From a virus (taxonomy: Duplodnaviria; Caudoviricetes): 64,000 bases of DNA. Where the stretch lies: the IMG/VR virus record IMGVR_UViG_3300031993_000059, positions 6,597 through 70,596 of that record; one strand, given 5' to 3'. Within the stretch, counting starts at the first letter, position 1. The number at the start of each line of letters is the position of its first letter. Of this stretch, positions 45,801 to 60,000 are shown one piece after another. The notes beneath the pieces were generated by a model. The model saw only the letters and a list, made by a program, of their open reading frames with translations, was not told where the DNA came from and did not search any database. The position numbers were made by a program, and so were the translations under genes.

Positions 45801-48335
45801 TCAATCAGTTACTTCACAAATAAACTACATTCTATTACCAATGATAGATGGGTCAACATAAATACAACGATCCTAATTGTTCTTTTGAACGCCATTTGTG
45901 TAATCGTTGTACGCATAAGTTGTATCAATCAAATCTCCAGAGCTATCATGCCTGTAATAAGCGTAGTTTAATGTATCAGAATCAGAACTGCCCCTTGTTA
46001 CATTACCCCAAGTTGAGCCATTATATTTTTTCAAGGTACATCTCTTGTTTGTAGTGTCAAGATAATAATATAAATCTCCAGTAGAAGGAGAAGTCGGTGG
46101 AGTATCAGAAAAAACAGTTGTTTTAATTGGATCAATCTCCACGCCATTCTAATAAACCCTTGTATATACTGCGCCACATCCTTGAGAATTTTTAAATTCC
46201 TATACTGTGGCAAACGTATAACTCATATATGGGTCTACCAAATCATCAACGGTATAAAAAGCGTTATATCCATAATCAACTCCGCCATAACTTGCTTCAG
46301 CTTTAAAGAAAGCAAGATCATCCACCATACTAGATGTAACAGTTAACTATGTCGCCGTTTGTCCGGAAATTACATGATATCCAGGAGTTGGAGTAGAAGA
46401 CCATTTATACCATTTTACAGCAGTTGGAGTTACTTCATTCGCTCCAGATATAAGCCGAAGTTTAAGCGTTGTTGAGCCAGAAGAGTTTCTAATAATTCCA
46501 CCATCATCAGAGTAAATCTGTAGAATTACGGCATTCTAACCGTCAACAGCTTGCAAACTTTTTGTGTACGTATATTTATATGTCATACTCTGTGTCTGAG
46601 AGTTGTATTGACACGAAAGAGTAATGGTAATATCTCCAGTAATTGTAGATGCGTTACCCAATGGTGAATTGTTTGCCACATTAAGAACTAATGAGCCATC
46701 GCTAGAACTATTTCCAGCAGTATTGCTAGATACTGTTATACCATTAGCTGGTAAACCAGAAACAGACGCAGTTACCGGAATTCTTGTAATCCCAGCATAA
46801 GCGTAGAATGGGATATTGATTGTCTTTGCTTGTGCAGTATTTCCATTAGATTTGCATGGTAAAACATCCTAATAATTACCAAGCCCCATAGAAACACCAT
46901 TTAATCCATCTGCACCATTCTGCCCAGTTGCACCATCTTTTGTTATTACAACCGTTTGTTCATCAAGAGTAGCAGTTGTGCCACCGGCGGCATATAGCGT
47001 AGTTTTTATAATTGTAACACCGGCCGATGGAGTCCATTGTTTACTTGATTCATTTGATGAGCTAGTATATACAGTTGAATAACTGGTTCCACCGTTATTG
47101 GATTCTTGGATTACAAATCTTCCTTGGTATACAGTTTCTGAACCATTGCCAATTGTTTTCCAACTCGAAAACGTTACAGTAGATGGAGTATATGCACCAG
47201 ATATGTCTTTGTTGATTGTTAAGGCGCTAGACTTAAGTTCATAAATAACAGCATCCTAACCATCCGCACCCATCTTTGATTTTGTAATCGTATATCTAAC
47301 AGTTAATGTTGAGTAACCTTGTTGTGAGCAAACGAAATCACAATAACTTGTATCATCTGTTAACGCAGAAGGTGTAAACACATGAGTTGTAGAATTATAA
47401 CTTCCAGTCAGCCCGGAACCAAGTTGAGTTGTTATCGTCCATGCACTCGTTACATCTGCTCCACCTTCGAAAATATAGAGCTATGTTGTCGATCCATTCC
47501 ATGACGTTACATTACCACTTGCGTCACAGGGTACATAGTGGGTGCTATTTGACAACTGTGCTGTCAACGTTGCGTTACCAGCAGTACCATCATATATTTT
47601 GGTAATTTCATGCATGTCATACACGGTGTTATCTGTGGTAACAAGCTTAATAACAGCAGATCTATTGTTTAACCATATGTTTGCCTCATTAGCAGCAACA
47701 ACTAAAGTATTACCAGAATTAGACGCATTGTTTGTAAGTGGGAAAGCTTCAAACGTACCATCTGATTTCTTATATTGCCATTGTGACACAGAAGCATTCG
47801 TAACATTTGCAGTTAATGTAATAGAACCGCTTCCAACCAAATTACGATCCGTATCATACAAAAAAGTATTTTCGCCAGTTATATAAGCCGACTTTAATTC
47901 TGTGGCCTACGAAACAAGTGTATATGTTAAACTGGTTTCTGTATCAATTGCAGCACCAACATTTGGGTCTGTATATGAAACATGACATATATAAGTTATA
48001 AGGTTGGTCGTGCCGCTAACTAGCTAATTTGCAGAAACCGTAAGTACACCACCGTTTACAGTTTCATTTGCGCCAAGCGATGTAGCAGCAGATGTGCCGA
48101 CTTTTTTTGTATATGTAATTGTAAGACCAGACGCATTCAATGCAAGAGTGCTGCCATTATACTAAATTACTGGCGTTATAACTAAATTGGAAGTTGACCA
48201 GTTTGGCAAATATACTCCTGTATTTGGGTTATATACTACAGTTGTTGGTTGTGAGCTTGTGCAATACAACAGAATCTAACCCAAATCTGTGTAATCTCTG
48301 ACACTAACTGATGCAAAACTTTTTATATTTGCCAC
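45801..48335 (-). CDS. minor tail/baseplate protein; TAG-recoded (~844 aa)
   Basis: GTG start with RBS GGAGGTGA; DLG[TAG]ILLYCTSSQPTTVVYNPN; DG[TAG]NAVILQIYS; RVY[TAG]NGVEIDPIK; TGA at 45801. Confidence 0.78.
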
Positions 48336-48338
48336 TAA

Positions 48339-51300
48339 TCATTCACCTCCATTCGATGATACACTCACCCCATTCGCTTCAAAGCAGCATTCAAAATCTG
48401 CTTCGATATTAACATCGCTACTTGTTAATGTTATTGATTTTGTCCCAGTTGAGTGATTCTGATTCCATGCAGTATCTCCATATGAATCGAGAGATTTTCT
48501 TTTCCACGTAAAATATTGAGCATCCCATTCGCTCGTCACATCAACCGAGTTGTAATATAATTTTGCGTTCAACGTGATACTACCGCCACGTAAATTTTTA
48601 CCATTAGGTGTTTCTATATATAAACGATACGAAGCATCATCTACTGCGCTACTAAGTTCGCCCAATGCTTGTTCAGTTCCTTGTTTAAATGTCGTATATT
48701 GTACGCCCCAAAGGTTGCCACTGCCATCATATACCGATGTAATGTCAATGCCACCTTGAGCGTTTGGCTCAATTACATTAAACGCCAACTTGCCCTTTTG
48801 GATTGTGCCGTTCGTTATCATATTATTAATAATAGTATTATTAGGGATTCCGCTTTGTGTAATCCCATTCTCATTAAATAATGCGCTAGTGCCATCGGCA
48901 CCACGGACAATAAAGTTAAAATCACCGTTACCATCTTGACCAATCTAAACGCGAACATTCCCATTATCATCGTAGAATTGTTGTGTCGCACCCTGAAATG
49001 CAATAGCCGGATCGCCGCTTTGAGATATAAGTACAATCTAATCGGCAGAAGCAGTATGAGTCGCCAAATCTCCAACAGTTAAATTACCAGCTACTAAATC
49101 ATAGAAATAACCAGTTTGTGCTTTTGCCTCAATAGAAGTATTGCTAACGCTTTGAAGATATTGAACAAAAGCATGGTTTGCTGTCAGTTCATCAAAATCG
49201 CCTTCTTCCGCATCAACAAGCGCCGCAATAACTGTGCCAGCACTAACTTCGTCAACCTCAATAAGACCAGAATTTAAATACTATATAAACGCACTATCAG
49301 CGGTTAACTCATCAAAATCGCCAGCCGACGCTGCAACCAAACCAGCGGTAACAACACCAGCGACATCAACTCTATCGGCATTAATTGTACCAGATGTTAT
49401 CTAGTCCGCATTAATCTCAGCCGTTGAAATAACTCCTTCTGCGATAGTAGTAATTGAATTTGTACCAACCGTAATAATATTATTTACATTTAACCTACCA
49501 GTATCAATTGTCCCAGATGTAATTTGACTAGCAGAAATTTCTGCCGTACTAATAGCTCCTTCGGCAATCGTAGTAATCGAGTTTGTCCCGACAGTAATAA
49601 TATCCCCAACATTTAATCTTCCAGTATCAATCGTTCCGGAAGTAATCTGCGATGCGGATATCTCAGCAGTTGAAATAGCGCCTTCTGCAATCGTGGTAAT
49701 TGAATTTGTCCCAACAGTAATAATATCTCCAACATTCAATCTCCCAGTATCAATTGTTCCAGACGTAATTTGATCCGCAGATATATTTGCAGTTTGAATT
49801 AATTCCTCAGTAATCTATGTGCCGCCAACAGTTATAATTTTCGCCGTTAACTCACTAATATCCGCATTATCTGCTTGCAACATTTTTGTGGTAATGAAGT
49901 TAGAACTAATATAATTAGAAAACAGTTCTTCAAATTCAGCCGTAGTTCCAGTTATCTTACCAACATTAATATCCATGTTACTGACAATGCCGCCGACAGC
50001 ACTAGTAACTGCTGAATTATTAGTCCCCATATAACTTGAGAACGTTGGAGAATTTAGCAACTTTAACACCAACGCTGCATCAACATTAATTTGATTATCC
50101 GTACCAGATTTTTTACTAATAGAAGATGTAATTTGGTTTTTGGTTGACGTATTCGCCTAATCAAGAATCGCCGTAAAATCGTTACGCTTCGACTTATAAT
50201 TAGTCATTGTCGTAAATTCTAGGCTGATTGTTGGCTCAAGCATTAACGGATTTAATGTGATAGAAGAAAGGCGAAGTTTAACCTAGTAATCATCCCTAAA
50301 TGATATACGGATAAAGTTGCCAACATGCAAATCACCATGCCAATCGTGAAATTCTGGCATAAGCAGAAGATTGTCCTATGTTGTACTCCATGTGTATTGT
50401 GGATGTGATTCCACATACAATTCTTCCATCGCATCAAGATATAACTAGTATTCTGTATCAACAATCTACTGATTCGTTGAGATAGAAGTAGTAAAGATGT
50501 CTTGATTAACATAATCGGTATGGATGTAGTATTTATCAAGAAGCTTTAATTCTTCTTCTGTAAATACTTCTCCATTGCTACCAACCCAATTCTCAATCTT
50601 AACATCATCTTTTATCTCATCCATATCTTCGATGATTCCGTCTAGGATTTCCTGCGCATCATCTACTTCCTATTGCCTTACTTCGATCTCGGCCTAGACA
50701 GACTCCAGTGCGGCTTTATATTTCAGATATTTTGCCTCAGTTTCATCATCATATTGTGTACCATCAGAACTTTCATATCCTTTTAGCGTTGAGAATGTAC
50801 CGAAATATGATTTTTCAAAGTTTTTTAATTCTTCCAAACCATATAAATAGCCATATGTTTCGAAATCAAACAGATAATTATCAAGAAATTCTTTTTGGTT
50901 TTTTACGTTTGTACGCTTTGCTATTTCTTCCTATGTCATTCCACCTTCTGTAAAATGACCATCAATAATCCATCTATTTAATAGCGCAATATCAATTTGA
51001 CCAAGCCTAGCATCAGGGTATGTCTATTTATATGAATCCTCAAAATCATATTCATATTCATCTGATTCCTACCCCTACTAAAACTCAATATGGCTTATTG
51101 CTTCATCTTCCTCATTGTCTGGAGACGACAACACTATATCAATTAAGCTTGAGTAAACTGGCCAATCAACAGAAGCTTGCATCTTTTCAATATCAAATAC
51201 ATATTCGCCATTTTCATCCTTGATTGGTTCATCGTTTTCATCTGTTTGTGCATAAATAACATTATGCTCAAACGCATAGCGCAATGCCCTCATATTGGCT

Positions 51301-52814
51301 TTCTCATTGATAAGTTCGTCTTCTGTCATCGTTTTATATTGATTGCCATCGGCGACATCAGACGGTACACGGTATATCAATTCATTAACAGTATCAGTCT
51401 AATTGCGGAAGTTAACAGAAAGAGCCATATAATCTTGGCGCTTATCTTCTCTATCATTTTTCCATGCGTTGTATTTATCTATAAACTCCTATGAGAAATG
51501 TTCGCCAGGATTTTCCATAAAGTATGAGATATCTTCAATTTGATTCTCACCGAAGTTAGCCTCAGTAAAATCTAATTCTTCGCCGCCTTGTACATGAAAC
51601 ACCGTATGTAAATCACGGTCAGAAGACCTCTTCACATCGTTTTGTACATTGCGAAAACTTAAAAAGATATTTGTGTCATATCCTATATTGTTAACATTAT
51701 AAGCATTAACAATATAATTATCTGTGTCGAACACAAAGATGCAGCGGAAATATTGAGCAACTTGCTACGTTAAGAAAGAGTAAACATCCTATGAATCAAC
51801 TTGGAAGAATCCAACTTTATTAGCAAGAGGGATTTTGTCATCTTCAAGGTCTGAATTTAAATCCACATATGGATCAACAAAACCGACGCTCCATCCGTGT
51901 TCATGAAGTATTAACCAAAGCAGAGATAATTCGTGCTGACGTTTTAACTCTGTTTGAAGAATCTCAAGGCCAGTATAATCTTCAGATGCTTCATCATCTG
52001 GGTTTATTTTAGAGTTAATATGCCATTCATTATTATCATCGAGTGTTATTCTCCAACACCCATAGTTAACACCTTTTGATGCAATGAATGATTTTAATGC
52101 ATTAACAGATCCATCTGTATGCGAGAATTCTTCTATTGCAGCTTCAAGCGCCGATGTATCACGGTAGAAGAGTACCTAATCACGAAAAGCATTATAACCA
52201 TTGTTATCAAATGTATTATCGGTGGCAAGCATTTCTTTCGAATATATTTCACCAGAGTTAATATCAAAGTCCACAAGGTCATATTGCTATAATTCGATTT
52301 CAAGCGACTCGGCACGAACCGACTTAGTTTCAACAGTGCCATCGTTGTCAATTTCCGGCTCTTCGTTTATTTTAAACCAACCGTGATATGGCAGATATAT
52401 TTCATAATGGCGCTGAATTTGCTCATAATACTGTGTCTCAACGCCATTTCCTTCTCTATCATCTAATATCCTATCAACAGTAAATGTCAGTTCACTTGTA
52501 TTGTTTAAATTCTTGGTCAACGAACACGAATCTTCTTGAACGCCATTTATTACGCCGAGAATTCGCTACCCAGGTTTCGCAAGATATAACCTATTCGAAT
52601 CGATTCTGTCTTCGTCTTGAAATTTTGTATACTTATATCCCTGAAAGAAAGACATGTCACGATATTCGTTGGTGGTAATATCATAAACATAAATCCTATT
52701 CTTATCTAAATCTCTGTAATATGTTCCTTCTTCTGGTTCTACTCTAGTACCAGGGTCATTTCTAACAAGTCTGAATTCCAGTCTTGCGACTAGATATCCG
52801 TCAAGCATCCTCAT
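48339..52814 (-). CDS. tail hub/spike (Tal-like minor structural) protein; TAG-recoded (~1491 aa)
   Basis: Follows Dit with TAATG overlap; LYLAKPG[TAG]RILG, SELTFTVDR, VDS[TAG]DVYSFLT[TAG]..FRCIFVFDT, DDY[TAG]VKLRL, VRV[TAG]IGQDGNGDFNF; TGA stop. Confidence 0.82.
49401..49772 (-). repeat. three tandem 123-nt (41-aa) repeats within the Tal-like gene
   Basis: Unit QITSGTIDTGRLNVGDIITVGTNSITTIAEGAISTAEISAS; the register Gln is CAA (49770), CAG (49647), CAA (49524), TAG (49401). Confidence 0.92.
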
Positions 52815-54031
52815 TAATAATCACCGACCTTTCTCGGCTCACGATATTTAATCGTTGCTGTGCCAGTGCCAATGAGTGTTACTGTGTTTTCTCCATTGCA
52901 CAATTTGGGCCAGTATATATAATCAGCATCGTCAATACCCAAATCCTAAAAGGATACAAGACCAGAGTGATCCTAAATAATTGAGCGCATTGAATCTATT
53001 GTCGTAGTATCCTACACACGAAGGCTTAATGTCATAGATTCGCTCTATGTCACATCATTTGACACAGTGAGTGTAAAATCGGTGCGTATTAAAGACCTAT
53101 CCGCAGTTGAAGTTACTTCAATTATCGGATAAATTTCGCGGTATTTCTCGGCACTATTAACGGTAAACGTTGTACTCCCATTTGTAATCGTCTATTCAAT
53201 TTCATGCGTCCATGCAAACGGCGAATCAGTTTGGAATGTGGCCGAAAGTCCCATAATTTCTCCGTCAATTATTTGTGGCTACACATCAGAAAAAACTCCG
53301 AAATAATCATATTTGCTATTTAATATCTTTTCTGTATTAAGCAGTACAGTATAAGAATTTGTTAATGGCTATTCACTTGTAAATGATCCTAACCAAAAAT
53401 TCGTTTTAATACTGTTATATTCCTAATTATCAACTGCAAGTGAACGTATACATCCAATAAAATCATTGTCGTTAATTAATAGCGAATAATAACCATCGTA
53501 TTTATATATCATACACAGAATCGGCGGCGTTTTTTTCTAAATCACATGTCCTTCGCCGTCATACTGTGGCACATTATCCACGTTACCAACCGCAGTTTCG
53601 CCAGAAATGGAATACGTTACTGGATAATAGCCTTCTGCCTAAATTGTAATAGGTGCATTCTAATTCATGGTAATTAAAACCATACTCTCCGTACTATCCC
53701 TTTCAAAATCGTAATCATACATATGGAAAAGTTTGGGATAATCCGGAGATGTCAGCCAAGCATTTATCTCGTTAACTTCGTCCTCAGAGAACACCATCGT
53801 GGACTGGGTAGTGTATTCACATGGATCTTTAATAAATTGAATATTAAATGTTAATACATCGTTCCACCGTGTACCCATGTGACCAACACGATTTCGATAT
53901 CTATTTAATGAACTATGAAGAACTTCTCGACTAAGCCCAAACGTTACATCATCGTTTTGTTCCAATCCAGCGATTGCAAGCTGAAGTGACTAAGAGTCTC
54001 TATTATCGTATGTGAAATATTTTCCGTACAT
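52814..54031 (-). CDS. distal tail protein (Dit-like) with probable inserted domain; TAG-recoded (~405 aa)
   Basis: Directly downstream of TMP; MYGKYFTYDNRDS[TAG]SL; EINAWLTSPDYPKLF, then after ~130 extra residues YDYFGVFSDV..GLSATFQTDSPFAW; ends IKYREPRKVGDY-TAA. Confidence 0.78.
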
Positions 54032-54058
54032 ATATAACCCCCTTTCCATATAGAAATA

Positions 54059-54086
54059 GAAGAGTGCGCTTTGACACGCACTCTTC
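54059..54086 (-). terminator. hairpin after the tape measure gene
   Basis: GAAGAGTGCG-ctttgaca-CGCACTCTTC 10-bp stem; weak U-tract. Confidence 0.5.
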
Positions 54087-54095
54087 CTATATTAA

Positions 54096-57000
54096 TTATC
54101 GAATCCCCTATTTCTTGGATTCACGTACAAAGTCTTTAGTTACAAATTTGATGACATTCTTCTGGAAGTCTCTATCGTTAACAAGCGACCTACCAAGATT
54201 CTCAAGCCGTGGCATAACGCTTTCATCAACATTGCCTTCGATGTGGAATAATGAATCAAAATGCATTTCAACAGTTTGAGACATGTTACTAGTAACATCA
54301 CTATTAGAAACAGATCCGCCGCCAGATTCACCCCACTTACCAACAAATGGATTAGTGATGAATTTATCAGGCGAGATGGCTCCCCATTTAAATAAATTAT
54401 CAGCAAGATTTGCCGGTATGACAGAATCATTTGCTTTAAGCGGCGTGAGAATAGCGTTATCCTGCGGACGGATAATCATCTCCGAACCAATCTTATCCCA
54501 GTCTTCATTTGTCCATGCAAGAAGATCTTTGGATAAATTCTTAACACCTTTCTTTAATCCAATAGCCGATACAATTCTCTAATACTCTTCCTAAAGTTGT
54601 GCTAATTCATTCCTAGCTATTTCTCTTTTATTTCTTGCATCTTCTATTTTAGCCTATAACTAGTCTTTTTTAGCCTATGTTGCACCACTCTTAGCGTTTT
54701 TCCATCTAGTAATCTTGTCAGTTAGTTCATCAATTCGAGCCTATTTCTACACTATTTCATCTTGTACTTGTTGTCGCTAACCAATAGAATACGTAGCTTT
54801 AGTTTGTTCTTGCGCCTATTGTTGTTGTGTTACTACTGGCTAAGTAATAGAATTCATTAACGTATCTACCGTGGTAAGCTAAGAATTATTTTGTACATCT
54901 CCAGCGACATTTTCTTCGCCCTTTGCGGTTTCGCCATCAACAGTTACATTTATACCATCTGAATCTTCCAATATAGAATTTAGTTTTTCAATTTTTGAAG
55001 TAACGGTAGAAATCTTATCCTATAAATCTAACTATAGTTTTTTATGCTCCTCACTAAGTTCCTCGTCATAACCATACTTACTGACAAGTTCACTATATCG
55101 CTTATTGTCATCAATCTATTGCTACCTATATTTCTCAAGTTCTTCTTCTAATTCCGCTATCTCATCTTTTATCTCTTGTTTTTGTGCATCATCAAGCTTG
55201 ATGGAACCAAGAGAAACTTCGATAGCCCTAAGCTATTCCTCAATATCGTTGCCGAGAGAATCTTTAACGATAGATAACGTAGTATCAATATTGCTAACTT
55301 CGGAATCTGGAGTACGGGCATCAATAGCTTTTGTTATGTCTAATTGGGAAAGCCCAGTCTTATTGTCAATTTTGACACCGATATTTTCTAATAACTTCTT
55401 TACTCCACCTTCGCCAGAAAGTGAATCAATTACGGCTTCAGTGGAATCATGAAGAGTGGTAGCGTTTTCAACGACAATCCCATTAATGATTGCAGCCTCG
55501 TCAACATGGTTCGTCTCAAGCTATCCAAGCATTAAACTAGCCGTATCTTGTAATGCATCAAATTTACCGTTGATAATATCAATAGCTTTATCTAATGCTT
55601 TCTGCATATCTTCAGAAAGCTTATCATAACCTTCTTGCTGAATCTCAATGCTATGCTGATATAAAGTATCTTGAAGGTCTTCTTGCTTTTCAGATAATTC
55701 GGCCTAGAGTTTGGTACGACGGGCAATCGCTGCGTCATTAGTCACACTTTGTAAAGCATTTATTTGTGCTTGTAATTGAGAGATGTCTTTATTCTTCTTG
55801 CGAAGATTTCGATCCCAATCGTAGTATTCTTTCTTTGCGCTTAATGCATCTTTACGGCTTTGGATAAGATTCTATAAAATATCGTTTTCTTTTGTTATCT
55901 AATCAATATAGAGATCTGCTAATTTTGTCTAATCATCGAATAAAGAAGCCGAAGCATCTTGAATGATATTAATCTATTCATCCATGGCTTCGTTATATTC
56001 TTCTAGGCTAATAACGTGATTATCAAGTTCTTCGCCCAACTTATCCATCGCAGCTTCCGCATTACGTATCTTCTTTTCTGCGACATCCATCTATTCGGCA
56101 ATTAATGCAATCTACGCATATCCACGTTCAGTAACCTAACCGTCTTCATCGAAAATTTCGCCGTCTCTGATAAAACTGTTAATATGATTAAGATCGGAAG
56201 TAATCTTGTCAAGCTAATCATTTAACTCTTGATATGGCTTCCAACGAAGAGTCCGAATTGAATCTTTAAGGTCTTCGTTAGCAGATAAGAGAGATAAAAT
56301 AGCAGACTCATCTTCTGTAATCTTTCCATATAACTCTTCATAAGCTTCGCTATTTACTTCATATCCGAATTTAGCGATTTCTTTTTGTTTGTCTTTAATA
56401 TCTTCATAGTACTTAAGAATTAACTCATTGTTATATTCTGTCTATTCCATATATGGGGCTTCACTTTGCTTAGTAGAGACACCATATACAGCGGTAGTAC
56501 CGCGCTTTTCAAGAAGAGATGCTACCGCACCCAATTTATCAACGAATGATTTAACACGGGTAATAAAGTACCCACGAATCGTGGAATCAAGATCATATAT
56601 TGTATGCTATAACTCAAGTTCCGCAGTTTGAGATTCTATTAATGATTTATTTATCTCTTCAAGCTTAGTTTTAGCAGCTTTATATTCATTTGATTCTTTA
56701 TCATCAGTGCCACTCGCATTAGTACCAAATACATTCTCCGCTTCGATTTGTTTTAGCTATTCGTAATATGCTTTTGCTTCCTATTCTAAAGATTTGGTTA
56801 TTTCACTCTAACGATTTAATTGCTTATTAAGTTCATCTCTATCAACAGTATTAACAGATCTGCCAGCGGTTTTATAATATTCAACCGTTGCCTCGGAAGA
56901 TGTTTTAACGGCCTCAATGTAGTCAACCAGAGTTTCAAATTGTTCAGTTATATTATCAAGCTTTGTCTACGCTAATTCTTTAAGCTATTGCTAAAGCTCA

Positions 57001-60000
57001 TAAACCGCATCACGACAATCAAGCGCTTTTTCGTACCAAGTCTGGTAGTCTTTGATGAATGTACGTTCTTTTTCGTTATATTCATTTATATCAATAGTAC
57101 CATCTTTAATTTTATTGATAATTTTTTGGGCTTTATCGGCGCTTAATAATTTTGTTTTACCAGATGTGGCTTTATTATAAACCTCTTGTGCTTGCTTATA
57201 ATACCTCTGCTCACCAGCCTAATTATTTGCAATTAGATTTCTGGTCTCAGCCATCGCTATACTGATCGAAGCATTCTTTTCTAGATATCCAACGGCATTT
57301 TCCGCCTTTTTAGTAGCATTGTCTATCTTGCGTTGAATTCTATCCAACCTTACTTCAATCCAGTCAAATAGTTTTTCAACCCACTTTTCGAATGCATTCT
57401 TCTTATCTGAACTTCCAGATTTACCCTTACCGGTAGATCCACTCTTCCCACCACCGCTAGATTGATTTTTGGAAGCGCTTGTGTTCTTTTTCTTTTTTCC
57501 ACCGCCTCCACCGCCTTTATATGCAGACATACCATTGGTGGTTCCACTAGCGTGGGCAACTAATCTTCCAGAACGAGCGGTTTTCCCTGTGCGGATTAAA
57601 TCTGCCGTCTACTCTGCATTGAAAATAATATCATCTTTACGCAAGTCTTCAACGTGAGGCCCACCAGGAATCAATTCCCAAACTCCATCACGAACCCGGG
57701 ATTCCTAGCCTATCTCGTTCACAAGAGCAGATTCATTCTTACCAACAGTCCAATCTTTTCCATTTGCATAAGCACTGCCAAGTGCGTGTGCAGTACCAAT
57801 CGCACTCCCACCTTCATTAATCGTTACTTTCTTCGTTGTAAGCGTTACTGTTTTATCCTATAATCTCTGAATCGCCTATCGGATATTATCAATTATAGTT
57901 GTAGCGCCGTCTGTAATTACATTAATTCTAGGAGTTGCAACCACGCCACTTAACGAAGATAATTGCCCTCTTACCTAATTAATTTTATCAAGAGCCGCAG
58001 TATTATTAACTGTAACTTTTGCAGTGCCGGATGTTTTATTTAATCCAGATACCTATTGTGATGTTTCATTTACCGCTTCTTTGGCATCACTATTATCAAT
58101 ACCTATCTTTTGTTTGATTTTTTCTCCAAAACTTTGTACCTTCTAAACAATAGGTTGTGTAATTGGATTGCTTTCTAACTTCTGTCTAATTTTTCCAACA
58201 AGTGAAGAAACTTTGTCTCTGCCTTTAATGTCCATATAAACATCATAGTCTTTACCAGTAATTGCCTCAATCATGGTTTGGAACTATGTGTCATCTATAT
58301 GTATAGCCAAATCGTATTTTGATGGCAGATTCTAAATCTATTGAATATACTCATCAACTTCAGAACTATCTACATCGACTCCAAATGTTCTTGCGATGGA
58401 CTAGCGATCTCCAGCCTATGCCCATTCTCTTAACTAAGCTTCAGTTGCTTCTTGATTTTCAATTTTAGTTTGTATATCTAATTGAATAGTTGCGTCTTTT
58501 TCAAGCTTGTCGAGGTACTCCTATACCTCTGTATCATCTGGAGAAATCTGCGCCTTCAATTCGCCAATTTCACTAATCTAAGTCTGGAGCTCATCTTTGG
58601 TCATACTATTATAATCTGGTTCAAGATTTATCTAGTATTCATCGCCAGATTCTTTTTTAAGCGATTGAAGAATTTCTTCAAGTTGAGATTTGCCATTTGC
58701 TAATTCCTATGGTAGTTCCGCAACGCCAGGAAATTTAATTAATCCCATGGCACTGAGTGCGTCAACTAATAGATTAGCATCTTCATAACCAACATTAAGA
58801 AGATCGCAAATCTATTCTAATGGTTTTTCTCCCGCAGACCACTCGCCATCCGCATGACCAATTGCTTTTAATTCATCTGCGGACATCCTATGAATACTAT
58901 TGAGTAATTCGCCAAGATGTCCATCCTTTCCATACCTATCTTTAAGCTAATCAATAAGGTTCTTGTATTTTTCCGTATCTTCTTCCGAAATCCCCATCTC
59001 TTCGGCAGTTAATGATTCTTTAACGGTGCCTTTTTTAAATCGAGATTCATAATCTTTCTGTGATTCATCTGATAGCTAGAATATACCTTGGTCTGCCAAT
59101 TCTTCGTTTAATGTATATCCATATGTTCTTGCGTCTTTTTTAGCCTAGTCAATTAAGGCTTTCTTTGCTTCTTTGCTTGTTCCTTCTTTCTGATAGGTTT
59201 CCTAAAGCTAAGTCAATGTATCGCCAAGGTTAGCAAAAGCTTCGCGCTTATTTTCTTTATCCGTATTTAACCAATCCTTACCATATTGGTTTACTCTGTC
59301 TATGCGCTCTGCGATTTCATTTATAACTTCAAGCTATTTTTCGAGTTCTTCTGTTGTGCCACCATTAGCAAGCATGTCATTATAAATCTGCATCTGCTAT
59401 TCTAAATCGCCTTGTAACCCAGATACCTTAAGTTGCCGTTCGGTTTCAGACCCAACAAAATCAAGAGTAAAATCATACTCTTCGAGTTTGCCCATCATGT
59501 CGCCAAAGAATTCAACGCCCATACCAAGTTTATGAGCAGCCTCATTCATATCATCGACTTTAATTGTCCAGTATCCATCAGCATCCTATGAAGCATAATC
59601 ATACTTCTTTAAATCTTGTAAGAAATTATCAGTACCGACATCGCCGTCCTCGGTGAAATAACGATCCAATTTAGCCTTTGCGGCCTCGTATGCCTCATAT
59701 GTACTACGCCCCCATTCGTCAGCATAAGCAGTCCATTCCTTGAAATCGTCTGTGCCAACTAATCCTTTATTATATGCTTCTTTATAATTCTTATATCTAG
59801 TATAATTAGCATCATAATTTGCACCAGCATTTGCAGTTCCTTCAGCAAGATCCATCATATTCTGATGAGATAATGCTTTCTACATCTATTCATATTGAGC
59901 AAAATACTGTGACTACGTCTATAAAAGTGATTCAAGCTTTTGTTGAAGAGCAGAATTGCCTGGATTTTTATTGAGAGCTGCTTGCGTGGCATCAATCTCG

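Noticed and set aside
49401-49772. CRISPR-like array
   Set aside because: Repeats are contiguous 123-nt coding units without unique spacers.
21232-55452. + strand ORFs such as 21232-21585, 28436-28930, 34792-35187, 40729-41133, 41677-42069, 43933-44301 and 55105-55452
   Set aside because: Val/Ala/Ser-rich antisense shadows of Thr/Ala/Ser-rich - strand genes; no RBS, motifs or operon logic.
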